Below are positions 8,533 through 16,004 of a stretch of 52,425 bases of DNA, piece by piece. Each line of letters begins with the position of its first letter. Positions within the stretch are counted from its first letter, which is position 1. Origin of the DNA: Patescibacteria group bacterium. GTDB taxonomy: Bacteria > Patescibacteriota > Minisyncoccia > UBA6257 > GWB1-50-10. A program made the position numbers and the translations under genes. The notes under the pieces were generated by a model, which worked only from the letters and a program-made list of their open reading frames with translations, was not told where the DNA came from and did no database searches. The stretch lies in the NCBI GenBank assembly GCA_038065455.1, contig JBBTQX010000009.1:1-52425 (forward strand), written 5' to 3'.

Positions 8533-9348
8533 ATGAAACGAATTGCAATCCAGATCGCTTGCGCCGTTTTTTTCTTCTTTTTATCTTTTAAATTAACTAT
8601 TCGCACGCCAGCGCCGTCGGACAAGCGCGTAAAAACAATGAACGGGGGAATAGATTATGCCGCCAAATACGCAGGTATAAAAACCCGTAGGGAGTATTTC
8701 GCCGCCGTGTTTTCCGACCCCAGACTGCAAATCGACAGCGGCATCGTGAAAATGGCAAAAAGCAGAAATAAAGGGAAAGGAATTAATTATCAGTTTCTCT
8801 ATACCGAATCTTCAATCCAAGCTGGAAAAAGATTCATCGAGGATCGCGGCGAAGTTCTCGAGAAAGTCCGCCAAAAATACGGCGTGTCCCCGAACTTCAT
8901 CGCCGCCATTCTTCGGCTGGAAACGAACTTCGGCAGTTTTATCGGCAATCATCTCGCGGTGAACGCGCTTTATACCGTCGGATTGGCTTATCCGAAAAAA
9001 AGCCGCGATGCCCGCCGCCAACTCAATTCTTTCATCGATCTTTCGAGAAAGTATGGCTGGGACCCTTTCTCGATAAAAAGCTCTTGGGCCGGCGCTTTCG
9101 GCATCCCGCAATTTATGCCCGGTTCTTTTGCTTATGCGGTTGATGGCAATGGCGACGGAGTTATCGACTTATTCAATATGGACGATGCCGTTATGAGCGC
9201 GGGTAACTTTCTTAAAATCCACGGCTGGCGCAACAATGACCCTTTGGCGGAGAAAAATGCCTTAAGGAGTTATAATAGGGGAAGCTATGCGGATGCCATC
9301 ATTAAATATGCCGCTATGCTTAAGAAAAATAACAAACAAACCCGGTGA
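8533..9348 (+). CDS. Lytic murein transglycosylase, MltB/SLT_2 family
   Basis: N-terminal hydrophobic anchor; ILRLETNFG (catalytic Glu), SSWAGAFGIPQFMP, EF-hand DGNGDGVID, SYNR; RBS GAGGAGG. Confidence 0.9.
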   Translation: MKRIAIQIACAVFFFFLSFKLTIRTPAPSDKRVKTMNGGIDYAAKYAGIKTRREYFAAVFSDPRLQIDSGIVKMAKSRNKGKGINYQFLYTESSIQAGKRFIEDRGEVLEKVRQKYGVSPNFIAAILRLETNFGSFIGNHLAVNALYTVGLAYPKKSRDARRQLNSFIDLSRKYGWDPFSIKSSWAGAFGIPQFMPGSFAYAVDGNGDGVIDLFNMDDAVMSAGNFLKIHGWRNNDPLAEKNALRSYNRGSYADAIIKYAAMLKKNNKQTR

Positions 9349-9371
9349 AAAGATAACTTTGCCGGGTTTTT
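9338..9371 (+). terminator. Intrinsic terminator
   Basis: AAACCCGG...CCGGGTTTTT overlapping the stop codon. Confidence 0.65.
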
Positions 9372-9378
9372 ATATACC

Positions 9379-9407
9379 TTGACAAAATGAAAATAGCGTG
9401 CTAATCT
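9379..9407 (+). promoter_or_regulatory. Sigma70-type promoter
   Basis: TTGACA-17-TAATCT with extended TG. Confidence 0.6.
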
Positions 9408-9470
9408 ATAACCAAGCAATTTGAAATAACGTTTTAAAGTTTTAAATTAACTTTTTGAAAGGAGGCCGCT

Positions 9471-10094
9471 ATGACGGCTCTGTTCAACAATACCAGGATT
9501 TTACTTCTGCAATTTAATTTTTCGAATCCGAAATTGATTCCTTCGGGAATCCGTTTCGAACCCAATAAATCTGCGGAAGAGGAGAAAAAAACCGGCGGCG
9601 TAATGCTCATATCGCCGACTGAGGAAGCTTCGCTTTCACTTCTGCTCGATCAATTCGGAGAGGAGGGTTATGAGCTTACCGATGCATACTATCGGAGGCC
9701 AAATAATCCGAAAAATCCTGGCGGTAAGTTTAATTCCCTTTTCTTTATGTTTGCCAGTCATGAATATGCGAATATGACAGGGGAGTTTAAGAAAACCCGC
9801 GGGCTAGTCTATAAAGAACTCCGGAAGATCTGTGAGACGTCCATATGGACGGTCAAGATCTTTGAAAACCCCTTCTTTGAAAAAGAAGGGGAGGAGATTC
9901 CAGGTCAACACGCAATGATCGTCAATTGCGTGGCGCGAGTGCCACTGTTTCAGCCGGATGGAAATCCGGTTCTGGAATGGAAGAAGAATGAGCACGGCAA
10001 TCGGATAGGCGATAAGCCGGTCCCGATTGAGCCTGATAATTATGTCCTCGTGATTGACGAAAGCGAGGATAGGGATATGGCAGAAGCAGTATAA
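9471..10094 (+). CDS. Hypothetical protein
   Basis: 207-aa ORF with GGAGG RBS, its own promoter and a downstream hairpin; no family recognised. Confidence 0.8.
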   Translation: MTALFNNTRILLLQFNFSNPKLIPSGIRFEPNKSAEEEKKTGGVMLISPTEEASLSLLLDQFGEEGYELTDAYYRRPNNPKNPGGKFNSLFFMFASHEYANMTGEFKKTRGLVYKELRKICETSIWTVKIFENPFFEKEGEEIPGQHAMIVNCVARVPLFQPDGNPVLEWKKNEHGNRIGDKPVPIEPDNYVLVIDESEDRDMAEAV

Positions 10095-10098
10095 ATAT

Positions 10099-10140
10099 AT
10101 GGACCGAATGTGCAATATGCATTCGGTCCATTATCTTTTT
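10099..10140 (+). terminator. Intrinsic terminator
   Basis: ATGGACCGAATG...CATTCGGTCCAT stem followed by a T-rich tail. Confidence 0.65.
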
Positions 10141-10274
10141 ATAGCGAAAATGCCGCGATTTAAGCCCGCTAAAGCGGGTTTTTCGTTTGTTTTTGACCCT
10201 AAAATCTGATACAATTAAAGAGTAAATTAGACAGGAAAAATCAGCCCCAAGGCTGCATTTTCTTCTTGATTCCA

Positions 10275-13200
10275 ATGGCAAAAAACAAGGAAAACAAACC
10301 GAAAAAAGAGGTTTCTTATGACGCCAAAGACATCTATGTTCTTGAAGGTTTAGAGCCTGTTCGCAAGCGACCGGGAATGTATATCGGCTCCACGGGAGTC
10401 GAGGGATTGCACCATCTCATCTGGGAAGTTATGGACAACTCCATCGATGAGGCGATGGCCGGCTACGCCAAAAACATCCGCATCGAAATATTGAAAGGGG
10501 AGCGCATCGTGGTTGTGGACGACGGCCGCGGTATTCCCGTGGATATTCATCCGCAGACGAAGAAATCCGCGCTCGACACCGTCTTGACCACGCTTCACGC
10601 GGGCGGCAAGTTCGGCGGAGAATCATACAAAGTTTCGGGCGGTTTGCACGGCGTGGGCGTCTCGGTCGTGAACGCGCTTTCCAAATGGCTGAAAGTCGAA
10701 GTCTACCGGAACGGCGCGGTCTATACCCAGGAGTATGAGCGGGGCAAGCCGAAGTTCAACGTGAAAAAAGTCGGCACTTCGAAGCATACCGGCACGAAAG
10801 TCATCTTTGATGCCGATCCGGTAATTTTCCAAAAAATCGAGTACGACCGCAAAAAAATCCTGGACCATCTGCGCCAGCAAAGCTATCTCACGAAAGGCGT
10901 CCGCATCAGTTTCGTGGATGACCGCGACGAACATCCGTTCTACTACGGCTTTTATTTCGACGGCGGTTTGAAATCTTTCATCCATTATCTCATCGGCGAC
11001 GAGCCGACGCTCCAAGATGAGCCTTTTTACGCACACAAATTTTACGAAAATATAGAAGTGGAAGTCGTCTTCACATATGCGGACGACCAGGAAGCGAAGG
11101 AATTAAGTTTTGCAAACAACATCCATACGCCGGACGGCGGCATGCATTTGACGGGTTTGCGCTCGGCGATGACCCGCGTTTTGAACGATTATGCGCGGAA
11201 GGAAAATTATCTGAAAGAAAGCGAGGAGAATATTACCGGCGATGATATTCGCGAAGGCCTGGTCTCGATCGTTTCCATAAAGCTTCCCGAGCCGCAGTTC
11301 GAAGGCCAGACTAAGGCTCGCTTGGGCAATCCCGAAGCGCGTACCGCTGTCGAGATGGTGGTGAGTGAAACACTCAAAGAATTTTTGGAAAAGCACGGCT
11401 CGGACGGACGGAAGATAATCGAAAAGAATCTTTTAGCTGCGAAGGCCCGCAAGGCCGCTAAGGCCGCCAAAGACACCGTTCTCCGGAAAGGCGCTTTGGA
11501 GGGATTGACTCTGCCCGGCAAGCTCGCCGACTGTTCTTCCCGCAAAGCCGAAGACTCGGAATTATTCATAGTCGAGGGAGATAGTGCTGGGGGCTGTTGG
11601 TTTGGAAAAACTGAAGTTGCGTTGACGGACGGCAGAAATTTATCCTTCGAAAAAATAGTTGAAGAACACGATCAAGGTAAGAAAAATTATTGCTATACAA
11701 TAAAAAATAATGGCGACATTGGAGTTGAGTTGATAAGAAATCCGAGGAAGACGAAAAAGAATGCGGAAGTAATTAAGGTCATTTTGGACAATAACGAGGA
11801 GTTAATATGCACCCCCGATCACAAATTTATGCTGGCCGATGGCTCATATAAAGAAGCTCAAAACCTTCAGAAGAGCGACTCTTTGATGCCTTTGTATCGC
11901 CAATACTCGAAATTGGGTAAAAAAATCACGATCGAAGGATATGAGATGGTTTTTGATCCGGCGGAAAAGAGATGGATCTTCACCCATCTTCTCTCGGACA
12001 AATACAATTTGGAAAACGGGAAATATTCCGCGGTTAGCGGTTATTATCGCCATCACAAAGATTTCAACAAGTTGAACAATGATCCGGAGAATATTATGCG
12101 TTTATCCAATATGGCCGAAAAATTCTTGGAATTTTACAACTCCAACGAAGAATACCGGAAAAAGAACAATGAATTATTGGATGAAAGCCAGCGGGAATAT
12201 TGGAATAGTGAAGAAAACAGAAAAATCCAAGCGGAGCGGGTGAGGAATTTCTTTGCCGCGCATCCGGAGAGAGTAAGAGAATTTTCGGAACTCGCACAAG
12301 CTCAATGGCAGAATGAAGATTTGCGTAAATGGCGCTCGGAAAAGACCAAGGGTCAATGGACGCCGGAGTTCCGTGTGAAAAGGAAATACACTTATAACGA
12401 AACCTACCGTGAAAAAGCGATGCGGGTTTTGCGCGATTTATACGATCGTACCGGCGCGATTTCAATCGAGAAATACGACGAATTCCGCCGGAAGACGAAT
12501 GACAAATCCCTCCTGCGTTTTGATACCATTCTGAACAGGTTCTTCGAGGGTAGGAAGGAACGTCTTTTCGATGCGGTGATTCACTATAACCATAAAATTA
12601 TTCGCATCGAGAAAATGTCGGAAAGAATCGACGTCTACGATCTGGAAGTACCTGGCACGCACAATTTCGCTCTCGCAAGCGGCATATTCGTTCATAACAG
12701 CGCCAAGCAGGGCCGCGACCGGCACACTCAGGCCATCCTGCCTTTGAAGGGCAAGATCTTGAATGTGGAAAAATCCCGAATAGATAAGATGCTCGTGAAC
12801 AAGGAAATCCGTTCGCTCGTGATTGCCTTGGGTACCGCTATCTCGGATAACTTCGATATCGAGAAGCTCCGTTACCACAAAATAGTTTTGATGACTGATG
12901 CCGATGTGGACGGCGCGCACATTCGTACTTTGCTTTTGACGCTTTTCTTCCGCTACTTCCCGAAGATAATCGAGAATGGCCATTTATATATTGCCCAGCC
13001 GCCGCTTTTCCAATTACAGAAAGGGAAGGAGAGCCACTACGCGTACAGCGATGCCGAACGCGACAAGATCCATAAACAGATGGGGAGCGAGGGCATCAAC
13101 GTCCAGCGCTATAAGGGTCTCGGCGAAATGAATCCGAGCCAGCTTTGGGAAACTACGATGGATCCGGCGAAAAGGATATTGAAGCAAATCAATGTGGAAG

Positions 13201-13310
13201 ACGTGGTTGCGGCCGACAAGATGTTCGATATCCTGATGGGCGAAATCGTGGAACCCCGCAAGAATTTCATCCAGGCGCACGCTTTGACCGTGAAGAATCT
13301 GGATATCTAG
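10275..13310 (+). CDS. gyrB: DNA gyrase subunit B (intein-containing)
   Basis: EPVRKRPGMYIG, LHAGGKF, GGLHGVG, VEGDSAGG, PLKGKILN, TDADVDG, QRYKGLGEM; 643-aa extein after intein removal. Confidence 0.97.
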   Translation: MAKNKENKPKKEVSYDAKDIYVLEGLEPVRKRPGMYIGSTGVEGLHHLIWEVMDNSIDEAMAGYAKNIRIEILKGERIVVVDDGRGIPVDIHPQTKKSALDTVLTTLHAGGKFGGESYKVSGGLHGVGVSVVNALSKWLKVEVYRNGAVYTQEYERGKPKFNVKKVGTSKHTGTKVIFDADPVIFQKIEYDRKKILDHLRQQSYLTKGVRISFVDDRDEHPFYYGFYFDGGLKSFIHYLIGDEPTLQDEPFYAHKFYENIEVEVVFTYADDQEAKELSFANNIHTPDGGMHLTGLRSAMTRVLNDYARKENYLKESEENITGDDIREGLVSIVSIKLPEPQFEGQTKARLGNPEARTAVEMVVSETLKEFLEKHGSDGRKIIEKNLLAAKARKAAKAAKDTVLRKGALEGLTLPGKLADCSSRKAEDSELFIVEGDSAGGCWFGKTEVALTDGRNLSFEKIVEEHDQGKKNYCYTIKNNGDIGVELIRNPRKTKKNAEVIKVILDNNEELICTPDHKFMLADGSYKEAQNLQKSDSLMPLYRQYSKLGKKITIEGYEMVFDPAEKRWIFTHLLSDKYNLENGKYSAVSGYYRHHKDFNKLNNDPENIMRLSNMAEKFLEFYNSNEEYRKKNNELLDESQREYWNSEENRKIQAERVRNFFAAHPERVREFSELAQAQWQNEDLRKWRSEKTKGQWTPEFRVKRKYTYNETYREKAMRVLRDLYDRTGAISIEKYDEFRRKTNDKSLLRFDTILNRFFEGRKERLFDAVIHYNHKIIRIEKMSERIDVYDLEVPGTHNFALASGIFVHNSAKQGRDRHTQAILPLKGKILNVEKSRIDKMLVNKEIRSLVIALGTAISDNFDIEKLRYHKIVLMTDADVDGAHIRTLLLTLFFRYFPKIIENGHLYIAQPPLFQLQKGKESHYAYSDAERDKIHKQMGSEGINVQRYKGLGEMNPSQLWETTMDPAKRILKQINVEDVVAADKMFDILMGEIVEPRKNFIQAHALTVKNLDI
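11595..12698 (+). mobile_element. Intein (368 aa) with HNH-type endonuclease remnant
   Basis: EGDSAGG|CWFGKTEV..., block B CTPDHKF, C-terminal VYDLEVPGTHNFALASGIFVHN|SAKQ; internal HHKDFNKLNNDPEN. Confidence 0.95.
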
Positions 13311-13456
13311 GAATTGGAATTTTCTTTTCCCCTCAACCCGTTTCGCTCGTCCAGCGACTCGCTCGCTTGTCCTCGGCGGGCGGCCGTCGGAATATTAAAC
13401 GACGGACCATGCCCGCCCGCCTGCGGGGTTTCGGAGAAACAAGAATTCCAATTCTT
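13309..13456. repeat. Structured inverted-repeat element (MITE/REP-like)
   Basis: GAATTGGAATT/AATTCCAATTC arms extend imperfectly to ~30 bp and enclose the hairpin GGCGGGC-CCGTCG...CGACGG-GCCCGCC. Confidence 0.65.
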
Positions 13457-13458
13457 CG

Positions 13459-13486
13459 TTGACATTTATAATTGATTTGTTATGAT
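13459..13486 (+). promoter_or_regulatory. rplJL promoter
   Basis: TTGACA-16-TATGAT with extended TG. Confidence 0.7.
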
Positions 13487-13495
13487 AGTTTCAAT

Positions 13496-13569
13496 CCGTA
13501 GACAGTAGGCAGCCGAAAGGCAGAGGTCCTACCGAGGGAAAAAGCTTATGCTTTTTAACGCGTCTGCGG
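13496..13569 (+). ncRNA. Ribosomal protein L10 leader
   Basis: CCGTAGACAGTAGG...CCTACCGAGG...GTCTGCGG kink-turn-type leader directly upstream of rplJ. Confidence 0.85.
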
Positions 13570-13605
13570 CCCAAAAGGTCGTATTTTTATTTCTCGAACA
13601 AATTC

Positions 13606-14103
13606 ATGAAAACAAAAGAACAGAAAAAAGAGCAGGTTAAATTGGGAGAAGCGGAACTCGCCAAAAGCGAGACCGTCGTCATTACCGATTTCAACGGTCT
13701 TACGGCCAACAATATGAACGCGTTCCGGAAAGCGGTGCGCGGGCTGGGCGGCGTCGTGATGGTGATAAAGAAAAGACTTCTGAAGCTTGTTTTTGCCGCG
13801 AAGGGGATTGAGTTCAATCCCAAGGATTTCGCGGGTCAGGCGGGCGTCGTTTTCTCTCCGAAAGATATTGTGGAAACGGCGGGTGTCATCTACAAATTCG
13901 GCAAGCCTTTCGCCAAGAAAGACATCTTCAAAATCCTGGGCGGTTTTGAGATAAAAGCGAAGAAATTCATGGCGGGAGAAGAAGTGAAGATGATTGGACA
14001 GCTGCCCTCCAAAGAAGCGCTTCTCGGCCAGTTGGCTTTCATGCTTACCGTGCCAATTAAGAAACTACTCTTCGTAATGGATGCAAAAGTTAAAAAACAA
14101 TAA
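13606..14103 (+). CDS. rplJ: 50S ribosomal protein L10
   Basis: KTKEQK, TDFNGL, VIKKRL, LPSKEALLGQL; precedes rplL. Confidence 0.93.
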   Translation: MKTKEQKKEQVKLGEAELAKSETVVITDFNGLTANNMNAFRKAVRGLGGVVMVIKKRLLKLVFAAKGIEFNPKDFAGQAGVVFSPKDIVETAGVIYKFGKPFAKKDIFKILGGFEIKAKKFMAGEEVKMIGQLPSKEALLGQLAFMLTVPIKKLLFVMDAKVKKQ

Positions 14104-14144
14104 AAAGGTCGTCAAAAATAGAATAAAAAAATTGAAATATAAAC

Positions 14145-14510
14145 ATGGATAAATTCAAAGATATAATTGAAAAAGTAGAGAAGCTCTCGGTCCTGGAATT
14201 GGCCGAGCTCGTAAAGGCGCTCGAAGAAAAGTTCGGCGTCTCGGCCGCCGCGATGTCGGTGGCGGGTCCCGCGGCCGGTGCCGCGGCCGGAGAAGAGAAG
14301 TCCACCTACAACGTGGTCTTGAAGGCGGGCGGAGACCAGAAGATCAATGTCATCAAAGCGATTAAGGAAGCTACGGGCCTCGGCCTCAAGGAGTCCAAAG
14401 ATCTCGTGGATGGCGCTCCCAAGACCATCAAGGAAGGCTTGAAGAAAGAAGAAGCGGATGAGTTAAAGAAAAAACTCGAAGACGTTGGAGCCACCGTGGA
14501 GTTGCAATAA
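14145..14510 (+). CDS. rplL: 50S ribosomal protein L7/L12
   Basis: [48 protein letters not shown]. Confidence 0.98.
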   Translation: MDKFKDIIEKVEKLSVLELAELVKALEEKFGVSAAAMSVAGPAAGAAAGEEKSTYNVVLKAGGDQKINVIKAIKEATGLGLKESKDLVDGAPKTIKEGLKKEEADELKKKLEDVGATVELQ

Positions 14511-14529
14511 AAGGCGAATGTGTTAATAT
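14502..14529 (+). promoter_or_regulatory. Promoter for a leaderless small ORF
   Basis: TTGCAA-16-TAATAT with extended TG; ATG 7 nt downstream. Confidence 0.55.
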
Positions 14530-14536
14530 TTTTCAA

Positions 14537-14617
14537 ATGGTCAGATTAACCTTATCGATATTGGTATTGCCGATTATCGTCCTCCTTTTGCCGGAGCGGA
14601 AGGTTAGTTTTGCATAA
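14537..14617 (+). CDS. 26-aa Leu/Ile/Val-rich peptide (attenuator leader or type I toxin-like)
   Basis: MVRLTLSILVLPIIVLLLPERKVSFA*; 14 of 26 residues are branched-chain; flanked by a promoter and a terminator. Confidence 0.55.
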   Translation: MVRLTLSILVLPIIVLLLPERKVSFA

Positions 14618-14639
14618 TCCATAGAATATCGACACTGAA

Positions 14640-14680
14640 CAAAACCAACCTTCCCTTAATAGGAAGGTTGGTTTTTTCTT
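14640..14680 (+). terminator. Intrinsic terminator with an alternative antiterminator pairing
   Basis: AAAACCAACCTTCC-CTTAATA-GGAAGGTTGGTTTTTT; its 5' arm is also complementary to GGAAGGTTAGTTTTG at ~14598-14612. Confidence 0.85.
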
Positions 14681-14891
14681 CAGCGTGTGGGGAAAATAGA
14701 TTGTCCCCGCGGCACCTTGAAAATCAAATCACCGATTTCATCAGCAAGCGTCAAATATGCCCATTGGATTGACGGAACTTTCTCCCATAGGCTGAAAACA
14801 TCGGCCAGGAGAACATCAAAGAGGAGGCGAGTCCATAAGATTCGCCTTTTCCTTTTGGATTGCAATCGAAAGAATATTTGTTTATGCTGAA
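14679..14891 (+). ncRNA. Candidate multi-hairpin structured RNA
   Basis: Five consecutive hairpins; the non-Watson-Crick pairs I checked read as G-U on the + strand. Confidence 0.35.
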
Positions 14892-14899
14892 TTTTAAAT

Positions 14900-14971
14900 G
14901 GGCGTTTAGTTCAGTGGTAGAACGTTGCATTCACATTGCAAAGATCGCTGGTTCGATCCCAGCAACGCCCA
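14900..14971 (+). tRNA. tRNA-Val(CAC)
   Basis: GGGCGTT/AACGCCC acceptor, TTGCA-TTCACAT-TGCAA anticodon arm, GTTCGATCC; upstream TTGCAA-17-TATGCT promoter; no encoded CCA. Confidence 0.95.
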
Positions 14972-15078
14972 CAAACGGAATAAATCCGGTTTCTCTTGAC
15001 GTTGAAAGCAATTAGTGAAAAACTCTTAGGAGTTCTTAAAATCACTTTTGTTAATAACTAAAAAAGAAAGGGTTAAAA

Positions 15079-15630
15079 ATGAACCTATATGTTCCTACCA
15101 AAATGTTCTTCACAAAAGGCGTTGGGCGACACAAGGATTATCTGCAATCATTCGAGTTGGCTCTTCGGAACGCCGGCATTGAGAAATGTAATCTCGTAAC
15201 CGTTTCGAGTATTTACCCTCCGAAATGCAAGCGTGTTTCGCCTGCCGATGGAATCAAATTTCTTGAAGCGGGTCAGATAACGTTTGTTGTTATGGCTAGG
15301 AATGCCACAAACGAACCAAATCGTTTGATTGCCGCTTCTATTGGCGTTGCTCAAGCAGCGGACGATTCCCAATATGGTTATCTTTCGGAACATCATCCGC
15401 ATGGAGAGACCGACGAGAAAGCCGGCGAATATTCCGAAGATCTCGCCGCAACCATGCTCGCGACGACGCTTGGCTTGGAATTCGATCCCAATCTAGCATG
15501 GGATGAACGGGAAAAGCATTTCAAAATGAGCGGGAAGATATTGAAGACTTTTAATATCACCCAATCCGCGCAAGGGGATAAGGATGGCAAATGGACAAGT
15601 GTGGTAGCCGCTGCGGTTCTTCTCCTTTGA
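15079..15630 (+). CDS. pdaD: Pyruvoyl-dependent arginine decarboxylase
   Basis: [24 protein letters not shown] (Ser-Ser self-cleavage site), [15 protein letters not shown]. Confidence 0.9.
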   Translation: MNLYVPTKMFFTKGVGRHKDYLQSFELALRNAGIEKCNLVTVSSIYPPKCKRVSPADGIKFLEAGQITFVVMARNATNEPNRLIAASIGVAQAADDSQYGYLSEHHPHGETDEKAGEYSEDLAATMLATTLGLEFDPNLAWDEREKHFKMSGKILKTFNITQSAQGDKDGKWTSVVAAAVLLL

Positions 15631-15750
15631 TGATTCCAATGGAAAATTCCATTGTCCCAATCCGAAGATTTATTTCGGATCGGGGCTTTTATTTTTAAAG
15701 TGGTATAATAATGACATAAATAAAAGGCCGTTAATTATTTTCTTAAAACA

Positions 15751-15999
15751 ATGAACTCAAAAAAGGTTATCTATATAATATTGGTGTTAATCGTGATTGC
15801 CGGTTTGGCGGTTTGGTTTTTCCAAAAGAAGAGCGCGGCGCCGGCATTTATCGGCGCGCCGGAGAATGAAGCCGGCTTAGGCGGAGATATTTATAATCAG
15901 GTCGCGCCGAAAACCGCAGGGAATCTTCCCGAAACCAATCCATTCAAGGCCGAAACCAATCCATTCAAGGCCGTTCAAACCAATCCTTTCGGACAATAA
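15751..15999 (+). CDS. Small membrane-anchored protein with TNPF repeats
   Basis: N-terminal TM helix; C-terminus ETNPFKA-ETNPFKA-VQTNPF; exact 21-bp tandem repeat at 15931-15972. Confidence 0.85.
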   Translation: MNSKKVIYIILVLIVIAGLAVWFFQKKSAAPAFIGAPENEAGLGGDIYNQVAPKTAGNLPETNPFKAETNPFKAVQTNPFGQ

Positions 16000-16004
16000 A
16001 AACA

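Noticed and set aside
14687-14890. 67-aa ORF (and antisense 14680..14865)
   Set aside because: No RBS, no recognisable composition, overlaps hairpins and the tRNA promoter.
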